Assembly: GCA_041741175.1 (NCBI GenBank)
Contig: JBGSKP010000571.1
Coordinates: forward strand, 3,001-67,000
Direction: 5' to 3'
Origin: Thiocapsa sp.
GTDB lineage: Bacteria > Pseudomonadota > Gammaproteobacteria > Chromatiales > Chromatiaceae
Length of the DNA stretch: 64,000 bases
Part shown: piece after piece, positions 1-9,807 of the stretch
How the letters are laid out: every line of letters starts with the position of its first letter
Position numbering within the stretch: the stretch's first letter is position 1
Made by a program: the position numbers and the translations under genes
Notes under the pieces: model-generated
Seen by the model: the letters and a program-made list of their open reading frames with translations, nothing else
Told to the model about the DNA's origin: nothing
The model's database searches: none

Positions 1-1
1 C

Positions 2-772
2 GTCATCGGCGATATGACGGGTTTTGCCGCGGCCTGCTACCAGCGCGGCGTTGCCTACATCCAGGTGCCGACGACGCTGCTCGCCCAGGTCGACTCATCC
101 GTCGGCGGCAAGACTGGCATCAATCATCCTGCCGGGAAAAACATGATCGGGGCGTTTCACCAGCCTTTGGCGGTGATCGCCGACACCTCGACTCTTGCCA
201 CTTTGCCGCAGCGTGAGCTCTCGGCCGGACTGGCAGAGGTTTTAAAATATGGGCTCATCCGGGATGCGGCGTTTCTGGCCTGGCTCGAGACCCATATGGC
301 CGAGCTGCTTGCACGTGACGCGGATGCTCTGGCCTACGTCATCCGGCGCTCTTGCGAGATCAAAGCGGAGATCGTCGCGGCGGACGAGCACGAAGCCGGT
401 CAGCGTGCATTGCTAAACCTCGGTCACACCTTTGGTCATGCGATCGAGACCGCTACCGGGTATGGAACCTGGCTGCACGGAGAAGCTGTCGGAGTCGGGA
501 TCTGCATGGCGGCGCATCTGTCCGCACGCAACGGATGGCTTACCGAAGGCGATGTCGCACGGGTTCGCCGTCTGGTCGCGAGTGCCGGACTGCCGGTTGA
601 CCCACCTGCGGATCTGTCGGCCGAGCGTTTCCTGGAGCTGATGGCTGTCGACAAAAAGGTGCAGGACGGACGCTTGCGCCTGGTGCTGCTGCAACATCCG
701 GGCGATGCCTTGGTGACGGCCGACATCGACCCCGATCACTTGCGGGCGACGCTTGCTGTCGGAGCGGCTTAA
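2..772 (+). CDS. aroB: 3-dehydroquinate synthase (5'-truncated by window edge)
   Basis: Motifs [46 protein letters not shown]; the frame is open back to position 2. Confidence 0.97.
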   Translation, partial: VIGDMTGFAAACYQRGVAYIQVPTTLLAQVDSSVGGKTGINHPAGKNMIGAFHQPLAVIADTSTLATLPQRELSAGLAEVLKYGLIRDAAFLAWLETHMAELLARDADALAYVIRRSCEIKAEIVAADEHEAGQRALLNLGHTFGHAIETATGYGTWLHGEAVGVGICMAAHLSARNGWLTEGDVARVRRLVASAGLPVDPPADLSAERFLELMAVDKKVQDGRLRLVLLQHPGDALVTADIDPDHLRATLAVGAA

Positions 773-856
773 GCCGCGCACGGGCGGTCCCGTCTATCCA
801 GTCGAGCGGACGACGTCGATGTCCCGGACACCGGAGCGGATCCCGGCTTCATGTTC

Positions 857-904
857 TGCCCCGATCTGGAGCATATTGAATTCGGGTCGCTCGATGATGG
901 CGCA
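857..904 (+). promoter_or_regulatory. Tandem NtrC-like enhancer boxes upstream of gltB
   Basis: TGCCCCGATCTGGAGCA (857-873) and CGCTCGATGATGGCGCA (888-904) resemble TGCACCA-N3-TGGTGCA. They are 31 bp apart and 150-200 bp upstream of a sigma54 motif. Confidence 0.55.
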
Positions 905-1054
905 GCGCGGCGACAAACCGCGACCTCTATGCCCGACTCTCAGCCGCCATCAACGCCCGGAAATCGCTTCGCGTTTTCGTTCGGCACATTGGACCGTCGT
1001 GCTCGACACGACCTAGTGCACCCGGACCGGATTGCTCCGAGCGATCCAGGGATG

Positions 1055-1070
1055 TGGCACGGCATCTGCT
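1055..1070 (+). promoter_or_regulatory. Sigma54 (-24/-12) promoter for gltBD
   Basis: TGGCACGGCATCTGCT: GG-N10-GC spacing with one mismatch to TGGCAC-N5-TTGCW. Confidence 0.7.
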
Positions 1071-1316
1071 GAGCCGGTATGCTTGGCGGCCTTACCTTGC
1101 CCTGGCGACGAACGAGAACGAGGCGTTTCCCCACGCGAGGCACCGAACGACTGGAATCACCCGGATCAGGTCACTCGCATTCGACATCAGACGATTCAGC
1201 GCAATGATGACGTCCGACGCCGCTTGCGACAATCACACAAAGGAGTGAAGGTGTAAGCGCGTGCGCCGTGGCTCCATCATCTTCAGCAACATGTTTCCGA
1301 ATCAGCGAGGTCAACG

Positions 1317-4300
1317 ATGAGCCTTCGTGCCTATCCGCCTGCACAGGGTCTCTATGACCCGATCAACGAACGCGATGCCTGCGGCGTCGGCTTCGTCTGC
1401 AATATTAAAAACAAGAAGAGCCACATCATCATTCGGCAGGGGCTTGAGATCCTGGAGCGGCTCGCCCATCGCGGCGCCGTCGGCGCCGATCCCAAAGCTG
1501 GCGACGGTGCGGGCATTCTGGTGCAGATTCCTGATGCCTTTCTGCGGGCACAGGTGACATTCGAGCTGCCGCCTGTCGGTGAATACGGCGTGGGTATGGT
1601 GTTTCTTCCGCGCGACGCAGATGCAACCGTGCAGATGCTGGACGTCGTCGATCGCCAGGTGACCGCCGGTGGGCAGCGTGTGCTGGGGTGGCGTGATGTC
1701 CCGGTCGACAATCGCGATCTCGGGGAGAGCGTGCTCCCGACCGAACCGGTGATTCGACAGGTCTTCATCGGCCGCGGCCCAAGCTGCACCGATCAGGATA
1801 CCTTCGAGCGCAAGCTCTTTGTGATCCGTAAGCGGATGGACAATGAGATCCGCGGATCGGATTTTGGCCAGACCCACTTCTACACCGCCTCGCTGTCGTC
1901 GCGGACGCTCAACTACAAGGGTATGCTGCTTGCCGAGCAGGTCGGCAACTACTATCTGGATCTGCGTGACGAGCGCTTCGAGTCGGCGCTTGCGCTGGTC
2001 CATCAGCGCTTCTCCACCAACACTTTCCCGACCTGGGATCTGGCTCATCCGTTTCGCATGATCTGCCACAACGGCGAGATCAACACCCTGCGCGGCAATG
2101 TGAACTGGATGGCAGCGCGGCGCCACACCATGCGCTCGGAGATCCTCGGCGAGGATCTGGATACCATCTGGCCGCTGATCCCCGAGGGCCAGTCCGATTC
2201 AGCCTGCTTCGACAACGCGCTTGAGCTGCTGGTCATGGGCGGTTATTCCCTGGCCCACGCCATGATGGTGCTGATCCCCGAAGCTTGGACCGGCAATCGC
2301 CTGATGGACGAGAAGCGGCGTGCATTCTACGAATATCACACGGCCATGATGGAGCCCTGGGATGGGCCGGCCGCGGTTGCCTTCACGGACGGACGCCAGA
2401 TCGGTGCCACGCTCGATCGCAATGGGTTGCGTCCGGCGCGCTATCTGGTCACCAACGACGACATGGTGGTGATGGCCTCCGAGATGGGCGTGCTCGATAT
2501 CGCCGAGGAGCACATCGTCAAGAAATGGCGTCTGCAGCCGGGCAAGATGCTTCTGATCGATCTGGAGCAGGGTCGCATCATCGACGATGCCGAGATCAAG
2601 ACCCAACTCGCCGAGGCGAAGCCTTACGGTGAATGGCTCAAGAAGACCCAGATCAGACTCGAAGAGCTGCCAACCAGCGTCGGCCCCATGTCTCCCGACG
2701 ACGCCACGCTGTTGGATGCTCAGCAGGCCTTCGGCTACACGCAGGAGGACATCAAGTTCCTGCTCACTCCGATGATTCTGACCGGACAGGAAGCGATCGG
2801 CTCGATGGGTGCGGATAGTCCGCCGTCGGTGCTCTCCGGTCGGCCCAAGCATCTGTCGACCTATTTCAAACAGAATTTCGCGCAGGTCACCAATCCGCCC
2901 ATCGATCCGATCCGCGAGGAGCTGGTCATGTCGCTGGTCTGTATGATCGGACCACGGCCAAACCTGCTCGGGATCAACGAAGCCGGCAAACACTGGCGGC
3001 TCGAAACGCCTCAGCCGGTCCTGACCAACCAGGATCTGGAGCGCATTCGACATATCGAATACAGCGCCGGGGCAGCCTTCCGGACGAAGACGCTCGATAT
3101 GGCGTATTCGGCGACCGAGGGTGCCGAGGGTATGGGTCCGGCCCTGGATCGACTTTGCGATCAAGCCGAGCAGGCGGTGCTTGCAGGCTACAACATCCTG
3201 ATCCTGTCGGACCGCAACACCAACCTGGACTACATCCCCATCCCGGCGCTGCTGGCGACCTCGGCGGTGCATCACCATCTGATTCGCCGCGGACTGCGCA
3301 CCAGCTCGGGAATCGTGCTCGAGACCGGAGCGGCCTTGGAAGTGCATCATTTTGCGACCCTCGAGGGCTACGGCGCAGAGGCGATCAACCCCTATCTGGC
3401 CTTCGACACCATCCAGTCGCTGTTGCCCGGGCTACCGGAGCCACTCACGTTTGAAGAGGCTCAATACCGCTATATCAAGGCGATCGGAAAGGGCTTGCTG
3501 AAGGTGATGTCCAAGATGGGCATCTCGATGCTGGAGTCTTATTGCGGGGCTCAGATCTTTGACGCCATCGGACTGAATACGCCGTTCATTCAGCGGTACT
3601 TCACAGGGACCCAATCCAAGGTCGAGGGGATTGGGTTGCGCGAGGTTGCCGAGGAGGCTGTGCGCTGGCATTCGCAGGCATACGGCCGCGAGCAGATCTA
3701 CCGCAAGCATCTGGATGTGGGTGGGGACTACGCCTATCGGCTGCGCGGCGAAGACCATGTCTGGACCCCGGAGACCATCTCGAAACTTCAACACGCGACG
3801 CGGGCTAAAAACTTCGAGACCTTCGGCGAGTACTCGCACCTGATCAACGATCAATCCGAGCGACTCTTGACCTTGCGTGGCCTCATGGAGTTCAAATTCG
3901 CCGCCGAGCCGATCCCGATCGAAGAGGTCGAGTCCGCCAGCGTGATCGTCAAACGCTTTGCGACGGGTGCCATGTCGTTCGGATCCATCTCGCCGGAAGC
4001 TCACTCCACGCTTGCCAAAGCGATGAACGCGATTGGCGGCAAGTCCAATACGGGTGAGGGCGGCGAAGAGCCGGAGCGCTATCGACCCTTGTCGGATGGT
4101 TCCGCGAACCCGGAGCGCTCGGCCATCAAGCAGGTTGCGTCGGGCCGTTTCGGCGTTACGGCCGAGTATCTCGTGAATGCGGACGACATCCAGATCAAGA
4201 TTGCACAGGGGGCAAAACCCGGCGAGGGCGGCCAGTTGCCTGGTCACAAGGTGAGTGCTCAAATCGCCCGCGTGCGCCATTCCACGCCGGGCGTGGGGCT

Positions 4301-5972
4301 TATCTCGCCTCCGCCGCACCATGACATCTATTCGATCGAAGACCTTGCCCAGCTTATTCACGACCTCAAGAACGTGAATCCACGGGCGCGTATCTCGGTC
4401 AAATTGGTTTCCGAGATGGGTGTCGGAACGGTTGCTGCGGGTGTTTCCAAAGCCCATGCCGATCACGTCACCATTGCGGGATATGACGGAGGGACCGGTG
4501 CAAGTCCGCTCACATCGATCAAGCACGCCGGCTCGCCTTGGGAGATCGGCCTAGCGGAAACGCATCAGACGCTGGTGCTCAACCGCCTGCGTGGCCGCAT
4601 CGCGGTCCAGGTCGACGGGGGTATGCGAACCGGGCGGGATGTCGTGATCGGCGCCCTGCTCGGGGCCGACGAGTTCGGCTTTGCGACCGCACCCTTGATC
4701 GTCGAGGGCTGCATCATGATGCGCAAATGTCATCTCAATACCTGCCCGGTGGGGGTGGCGACCCAGGATCCGGAGTTGCGCAGACGCTTTACCGGTCAGC
4801 CTGAGCACGTCATCAACTTTTTCTTCTTCGTGGCTGAAGAGGTCCGGCAGTTGATGGCTAAGCTCGGCTTCCGCACCATGAACGAGATGATCGGTCATTC
4901 CGAGCGCATTGAGATGCGCCGTGCCATTGACCATTGGAAGGCGCAGGGGTTGGATTTTTCGCGGCTGCTTGCCCGCCCCGATGTCGGCCCGGAGGTTGCC
5001 GTCTACAATTGCGAAGCCCAGGACCATGGTATCGAGCACGCGCTCGACCACCAGTTGATTCGTGAGGCCGCGCCGGCACTTGAGCGCCGCGGGCCGGTGC
5101 GGATCCAGACCGAGATTCGCAACTACAACCGTTGCTTCGGAACCATGCTTTCGGGCCGAGTTGCCGAGCGCTTCGGCCATGCCGGCTTGCCCGACGACAG
5201 TATCTACATCAAGACGAAGGGGACGGGTGGTCAGTCGTTTGGCGCATGGGTCGCTCACGGGGTGACCATTGAGCTCGAAGGCGAGGCCAATGACTATGTC
5301 GGTAAGGGTCTTTCGGGGGGGCGCCTGATCATTTATCCGCCGGCGGAATCGGCGATCGAGCGCGCCGAAGACAACATCATCGTGGGCAACACGGTACTCT
5401 ATGGGGCGATCAGTGGTGAGTGCTTCTTCCGTGGCGTTGCCGGTGAACGTTTCTGTGTCCGTAACTCCGGCGCAACCGCCGTGGTCGAAGGCGTCGGCGA
5501 CCACGGCTGTGAGTACATGACCGGCGGGATCGCAGTCGTGCTGGGTCCCACCGGAAGAAACTTTGCAGCCGGCATGTCGGGTGGCGTGGCCTACGTTCTG
5601 GACGAGGAAGGCAAGTTTGCGGATCACTGCAACTTAGCCATGGTGGAGCTTGAGCCGATCGCCGCGGAGGACCTCCTGCTGGAGGCGATCGATCACCAGG
5701 GCGGGGATCTGGAGGCCCATGGCCTCGTTGATCTGAGCCAGGACATGAGCCGGCACGATGCCATCCGGCTCAAGCTGCTCATCGTCAAGCATCTGCATTA
5801 CACCAACTCGGCTGTGGCGCGACGGGTTCTCGACGACTGGGAAAATCAGTTAACAAAGTTCGTCAAGGTGATGCCGGTCGATTATCGAAAGGCACTCGAA
5901 GCCATGCAGATGCGCCAAAGCCGTCCGCCGCAGACGATCAAGCAATCGAAGGGGATTGTGGATCATGGGTAA
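1317..5972 (+). CDS. gltB: Glutamate synthase large subunit
   Basis: 1551 aa; ERDAC-GVGF Ntn cleavage site, [43 protein letters not shown] 3Fe-4S motif, C-terminal GXGXG repeats. Confidence 0.99.
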   Translation: MSLRAYPPAQGLYDPINERDACGVGFVCNIKNKKSHIIIRQGLEILERLAHRGAVGADPKAGDGAGILVQIPDAFLRAQVTFELPPVGEYGVGMVFLPRDADATVQMLDVVDRQVTAGGQRVLGWRDVPVDNRDLGESVLPTEPVIRQVFIGRGPSCTDQDTFERKLFVIRKRMDNEIRGSDFGQTHFYTASLSSRTLNYKGMLLAEQVGNYYLDLRDERFESALALVHQRFSTNTFPTWDLAHPFRMICHNGEINTLRGNVNWMAARRHTMRSEILGEDLDTIWPLIPEGQSDSACFDNALELLVMGGYSLAHAMMVLIPEAWTGNRLMDEKRRAFYEYHTAMMEPWDGPAAVAFTDGRQIGATLDRNGLRPARYLVTNDDMVVMASEMGVLDIAEEHIVKKWRLQPGKMLLIDLEQGRIIDDAEIKTQLAEAKPYGEWLKKTQIRLEELPTSVGPMSPDDATLLDAQQAFGYTQEDIKFLLTPMILTGQEAIGSMGADSPPSVLSGRPKHLSTYFKQNFAQVTNPPIDPIREELVMSLVCMIGPRPNLLGINEAGKHWRLETPQPVLTNQDLERIRHIEYSAGAAFRTKTLDMAYSATEGAEGMGPALDRLCDQAEQAVLAGYNILILSDRNTNLDYIPIPALLATSAVHHHLIRRGLRTSSGIVLETGAALEVHHFATLEGYGAEAINPYLAFDTIQSLLPGLPEPLTFEEAQYRYIKAIGKGLLKVMSKMGISMLESYCGAQIFDAIGLNTPFIQRYFTGTQSKVEGIGLREVAEEAVRWHSQAYGREQIYRKHLDVGGDYAYRLRGEDHVWTPETISKLQHATRAKNFETFGEYSHLINDQSERLLTLRGLMEFKFAAEPIPIEEVESASVIVKRFATGAMSFGSISPEAHSTLAKAMNAIGGKSNTGEGGEEPERYRPLSDGSANPERSAIKQVASGRFGVTAEYLVNADDIQIKIAQGAKPGEGGQLPGHKVSAQIARVRHSTPGVGLISPPPHHDIYSIEDLAQLIHDLKNVNPRARISVKLVSEMGVGTVAAGVSKAHADHVTIAGYDGGTGASPLTSIKHAGSPWEIGLAETHQTLVLNRLRGRIAVQVDGGMRTGRDVVIGALLGADEFGFATAPLIVEGCIMMRKCHLNTCPVGVATQDPELRRRFTGQPEHVINFFFFVAEEVRQLMAKLGFRTMNEMIGHSERIEMRRAIDHWKAQGLDFSRLLARPDVGPEVAVYNCEAQDHGIEHALDHQLIREAAPALERRGPVRIQTEIRNYNRCFGTMLSGRVAERFGHAGLPDDSIYIKTKGTGGQSFGAWVAHGVTIELEGEANDYVGKGLSGGRLIIYPPAESAIERAEDNIIVGNTVLYGAISGECFFRGVAGERFCVRNSGATAVVEGVGDHGCEYMTGGIAVVLGPTGRNFAAGMSGGVAYVLDEEGKFADHCNLAMVELEPIAAEDLLLEAIDHQGGDLEAHGLVDLSQDMSRHDAIRLKLLIVKHLHYTNSAVARRVLDDWENQLTKFVKVMPVDYRKALEAMQMRQSRPPQTIKQSKGIVDHG

Positions 5973-7431
5973 GCCGACCGGATTCATCGAAATCGAGCGG
6001 CGCGACCGGCGCTATCAGCCGGCCGCCGATCGCGTCGTTCATTACAACGAATTCGTGATCCCGCTGGCGGATCAAGAGGTCAGAGAACAAGGGGCGCGCT
6101 GCATGGACTGCGGTATCCCCTTCTGCCACCAGGGATGCCCCGTCAACAACATCATTCCGGATTGGAATGACCTGGTCTATCGGGGCGACTGGCAATCGGC
6201 GATCGATGTCCTGCACTCGACGAACAATTTTCCGGAGTTCACCGGACGCATCTGTCCGGCACCCTGCGAGGCCGCCTGCACCTTGAATCTAGACGACAAG
6301 CCGGTCGCCATCAAGACGATCGAGTGTGCCATCGTCGACAAAGCCTGGCAGGAAGGCTGGATCAAGCCACAGGTTCCGGAGCGTCGGACAGGCAAACGGG
6401 TTGCCGTGGTTGGTTCGGGTCCGGCCGGTCTGGCAACCGCCCAGCAGCTTGCGCGGGCGGGTCACCAGGTTCATCTTTTCGAGAAGGCCGATCGCATCGG
6501 TGGACTTCTCCGGTATGGGATCCCGGATTTCAAGCTTAGCAAGTCGCTGATCGATCGGCGGATGGCACAGATGCGCACCGAAGGTGTGGAATTTCACACC
6601 AATGCGCACATCGGTGTGGATCTACCGGTTAGCCGGTTGCGGGAGGAGTACGACGCGGTTGTGCTCGCGGGCGGATCGGAGAAACCACGTGATTTGGAGA
6701 TCCCGGGGCGCGAACTCGCCGGGATTCACTTCGCGATGGATTTTTTAACGCGCAACAGCCGGCGCGTTCAAGGCTCCTACATTCCGGATGAGGACTTCAT
6801 CAGCGCTCACGGCAAGCATGTGGTGGTGATCGGGGGCGGCGATACCGGCTCGGATTGCATCGGCACCTCCAATCGACACGGCGCCAAGTCTGTGACCCAG
6901 ATCGAGATCCTGGATAAGCCACCCGAGAAAGAAGACAAGGGTTTGACCTGGCCTGACTGGCCGAATCGACTGCGCACGTCCAGCTCGCAGGAAGAGGGTT
7001 GCGAGCGGCTTTGGAATGTTGCCTCCACAGGGTTTGCCGGCGATGAAGCGGGGCGGGTCAGAGCCCTGCGCTATGAGTTGGTGCGCTGGGAGCGGAACAG
7101 TGACGGGCGATGGAAAATGCATCCCGTTGCGGATAGTGGCGGCGAGATCAAAGCTGATCTGGTGCTCCTGGCGATGGGTTTCGTCCATCCGGTTCATGAT
7201 GGCATGATCGCGGAGTTACGCGAAGGGGCCGGTCTTGAGTTGGACCCGCGGGGGAATGTGAAGGGTTCGACCGAAGGGCCTGGTGCCTATCACACAACTG
7301 TTGACGGTGTGTTCTGTGCCGGGGATATGCGGCGTGGCCAATCCCTGGTGGTCTGGGCGATCCGGGAAGGTCGCCAGTGTGCTCGGGCCGTCGACGAATG
7401 GCTAATGGGTCGATCGGATCTGGCGCGTTAG
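5965..7431 (+). CDS. gltD: Glutamate synthase small subunit
   Basis: Starts MGKPTGF; [10 protein letters not shown] and GRICPAPCE Fe-S motifs, [30 protein letters not shown]; overlaps the gltB stop. Confidence 0.98.
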   Translation: MGKPTGFIEIERRDRRYQPAADRVVHYNEFVIPLADQEVREQGARCMDCGIPFCHQGCPVNNIIPDWNDLVYRGDWQSAIDVLHSTNNFPEFTGRICPAPCEAACTLNLDDKPVAIKTIECAIVDKAWQEGWIKPQVPERRTGKRVAVVGSGPAGLATAQQLARAGHQVHLFEKADRIGGLLRYGIPDFKLSKSLIDRRMAQMRTEGVEFHTNAHIGVDLPVSRLREEYDAVVLAGGSEKPRDLEIPGRELAGIHFAMDFLTRNSRRVQGSYIPDEDFISAHGKHVVVIGGGDTGSDCIGTSNRHGAKSVTQIEILDKPPEKEDKGLTWPDWPNRLRTSSSQEEGCERLWNVASTGFAGDEAGRVRALRYELVRWERNSDGRWKMHPVADSGGEIKADLVLLAMGFVHPVHDGMIAELREGAGLELDPRGNVKGSTEGPGAYHTTVDGVFCAGDMRRGQSLVVWAIREGRQCARAVDEWLMGRSDLAR

Positions 7432-7437
7432 TCAGAG

Positions 7438-8670
7438 GTGGACCGCCAACAAGCTGCCCAATTCATGCTCGACTGTCTGCGAACGATGGTCGTGAAGAAG
7501 GGCTCGGATCTATTTATCTCGGCGGGCTTCCCGCCGGCCTGTAAGATCGACGGGCATATGACACCGATCAGTGAGCAGGCGCTGTCATCGTCGCAAACCA
7601 ATGTGCTGGTTCGCTCAATTATGAACGATCGGCAGGTTCGTGATTTTGATGCGACAAAGGAATGCAACTTTGCGGTGAGTCCGCAGGGAGTCGGCCGATT
7701 CCGGGTGAATGCCTTTGTGCAACAAGGGCATTGTGGCGCGGTGTTGCGCACGATCAACGCGAACATTCCGGAAATGGATGGCCTCGGACTCCCGCCGGTG
7801 CTCAAGGATATCGTGATGGCCGAGCGAGGTTTGGTCCTCGTCGTTGGCGGCACTGGCTCGGGTAAGTCCACATCGCTGGCGGCCATGCTCGGGTATCGCA
7901 ACCAAAACAGCTATGGCCACATCATTACGATTGAGGACCCTGTCGAGTACGTGCATCCGCATCGCCATTGTCTTATTACTCAGCGTGAAGTCGGTGTGGA
8001 TACCGAAAGCTGGGATATCGCGCTTATGAATACGCTGCGTCAGGCGCCGGATGTGATTTTGATTGGTGAGATTCGCAGTCGCGAGACCATGGAGCATGCG
8101 ATCAATTTTTCCGAGACGGGTCATCTATGTCTCTCGACATTGCATGCCAACAACGCCAACCAAGCCCTTGACCGCATCATCAATCTGTTTCCGGAAGAGC
8201 GTCGGACCCAGCTTCTGATGGATCTGTCCTTAAATCTCAAGTCGGTTATCTCTCAGCGGCTGTTGCCTTGCACGGACGGGGGGCGCACCGCTGCCATTGA
8301 GGTGATGATCAACTCGCCCCTGATCCAGGATTTAATCTTCAAAGGGGACGTGGGTTCCATCAAGGGAATCATGAAACGCTCGCGCGAGCTCGGCATGCAG
8401 ACCTTTGACATGGCGCTGTTCGATCTCTATGAGGCAGGCAAGATTAGCTACGAGGATGCGTTGCGTAGCGCGGATTCGATGAATGAGCTGCGCTTAGCCA
8501 TTAAGCTGGAGGGTCACGAGGCGCAGGGTCGGGACCCGTTCGCCGAGATGGATGGGCTACGCATTCTCGGCGACGGGGATTCTATCGACCCCTCCACCTT
8601 CGGCGATTCATTGGACATCTCCTCGATGGTTGGCCACTTAAATGCCGCGCACGGAGAACGTAAAGTCTAG
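7438..8670 (+). CDS. pilU: PilT/PilU-family type IV pilus ATPase (PilU-like) with acidic C-terminal tail
   Basis: GGTGSGKST Walker A, TIEDPVE, QREVGVDT, LRQAPDVILIGEIR, His box TGHLCLSTLHANNANQALDRI, GMQTFD. Confidence 0.9.
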   Translation: MDRQQAAQFMLDCLRTMVVKKGSDLFISAGFPPACKIDGHMTPISEQALSSSQTNVLVRSIMNDRQVRDFDATKECNFAVSPQGVGRFRVNAFVQQGHCGAVLRTINANIPEMDGLGLPPVLKDIVMAERGLVLVVGGTGSGKSTSLAAMLGYRNQNSYGHIITIEDPVEYVHPHRHCLITQREVGVDTESWDIALMNTLRQAPDVILIGEIRSRETMEHAINFSETGHLCLSTLHANNANQALDRIINLFPEERRTQLLMDLSLNLKSVISQRLLPCTDGGRTAAIEVMINSPLIQDLIFKGDVGSIKGIMKRSRELGMQTFDMALFDLYEAGKISYEDALRSADSMNELRLAIKLEGHEAQGRDPFAEMDGLRILGDGDSIDPSTFGDSLDISSMVGHLNAAHGERKV

Positions 8671-8681
8671 CGACACGCAGC

Positions 8682-9737
8682 ATGGACATCACCTCTTACC
8701 TTGAGATGATGATTCGGCAGAAGGCGTCGGATCTCTTCTTTGTTCCCGGCACGCCGGCGAAGATCAAGATCGAGGGCGTCATGCGCTCGATCGGCGAGAC
8801 ACCCCTGACACCTGCGTTTTGTCGCGAGGCCATCGCTTCGGTCGTCAGTCTGGAACAAGCCAGGGAATTTGCCGAGACGCTTGAGATCGATTTCGCCATC
8901 GCCCTTGAAGGTCGGGGGCGTTTTCGAGTGAATGCATATCATCAGCGCAGCAGCCCGGCGATGGTGCTGCGCTATATTCGCACGAGTATCCCGACCCTGG
9001 AGGAGCTGGATCTCCCTCCGATTCTCAGTGAATTAGTGATGCACAAGCGCGGGGTTATCCTGATGGTCGGAGCGACCGGTTCAGGAAAATCGACGACCCT
9101 TGCAGCGATGATCGATCACCGCAATCGCAAGACCTCAGGACACATCGTCACTATCGAGGATCCGATCGAATTCTTGCACCCCCACCAGCAATGTGTTGTC
9201 AGCCAACGCGAGCTTGGACTGGATACCAAGAGCTACAGTAACGCTCTAAAAAGCGCTCTGAGAGAGGCGCCGGACGTCATCCTGATCGGAGAGATTCGCA
9301 CACGCGAGACGATGGAGGCGGCGCTCGAGTTGGCCGGTACGGGTCACCTGGCGATTTCGACGCTCCATGCCAATAATGCTTATCAAGCGATGAAGCGGGT
9401 CGTCAATATGTTCCCGCAGGACATGCACAAGACCCTCTTTACGGATCTGTCGGCTTACATGCGTGCCGTGGTCTCGCAACGACTGGTGCGCACGACGACC
9501 GGCGCGCGTTGCCCAGCCATCGAGGTGTTGGTCAACACGCCCCACATTGCGGATCTCATCCGGGACGGGCGCATTGATGAGATCGAGGAAGCGATGCAGG
9601 GGCAGGGCGACGATGGAACTACGACCTTTGACGATGCGCTCCTGAATCTGTATCGCAAAGGGGCGATATCGCTTCAAGAAGCGCTGGGCAATGCTGATTC
9701 GGCGCCGAATCTGGAAGCCAAGATAAACTTCGCTTGA
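8682..9737 (+). CDS. Second PilT/PilU-family ATPase (PilU-like paralogue)
   Basis: GATGSGKSTT, TIEDPIE, LREAPDVILIGEIR, TGHLAISTLHANNA. Confidence 0.9.
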   Translation: MDITSYLEMMIRQKASDLFFVPGTPAKIKIEGVMRSIGETPLTPAFCREAIASVVSLEQAREFAETLEIDFAIALEGRGRFRVNAYHQRSSPAMVLRYIRTSIPTLEELDLPPILSELVMHKRGVILMVGATGSGKSTTLAAMIDHRNRKTSGHIVTIEDPIEFLHPHQQCVVSQRELGLDTKSYSNALKSALREAPDVILIGEIRTRETMEAALELAGTGHLAISTLHANNAYQAMKRVVNMFPQDMHKTLFTDLSAYMRAVVSQRLVRTTTGARCPAIEVLVNTPHIADLIRDGRIDEIEEAMQGQGDDGTTTFDDALLNLYRKGAISLQEALGNADSAPNLEAKINFA

Positions 9738-9807
9738 TCCCACGGTGACTCATTGCGCGCTTAGGATCTGCCCGAGGGGGATCGGCCCGAGGTGCCTGCG
9801 GCGCGCC

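Noticed and set aside
851-1256. Short ORFs in the aroB-gltB spacer
   Set aside because: No convincing RBS or family signal, and they overlap the sigma54 and NtrC-like elements.
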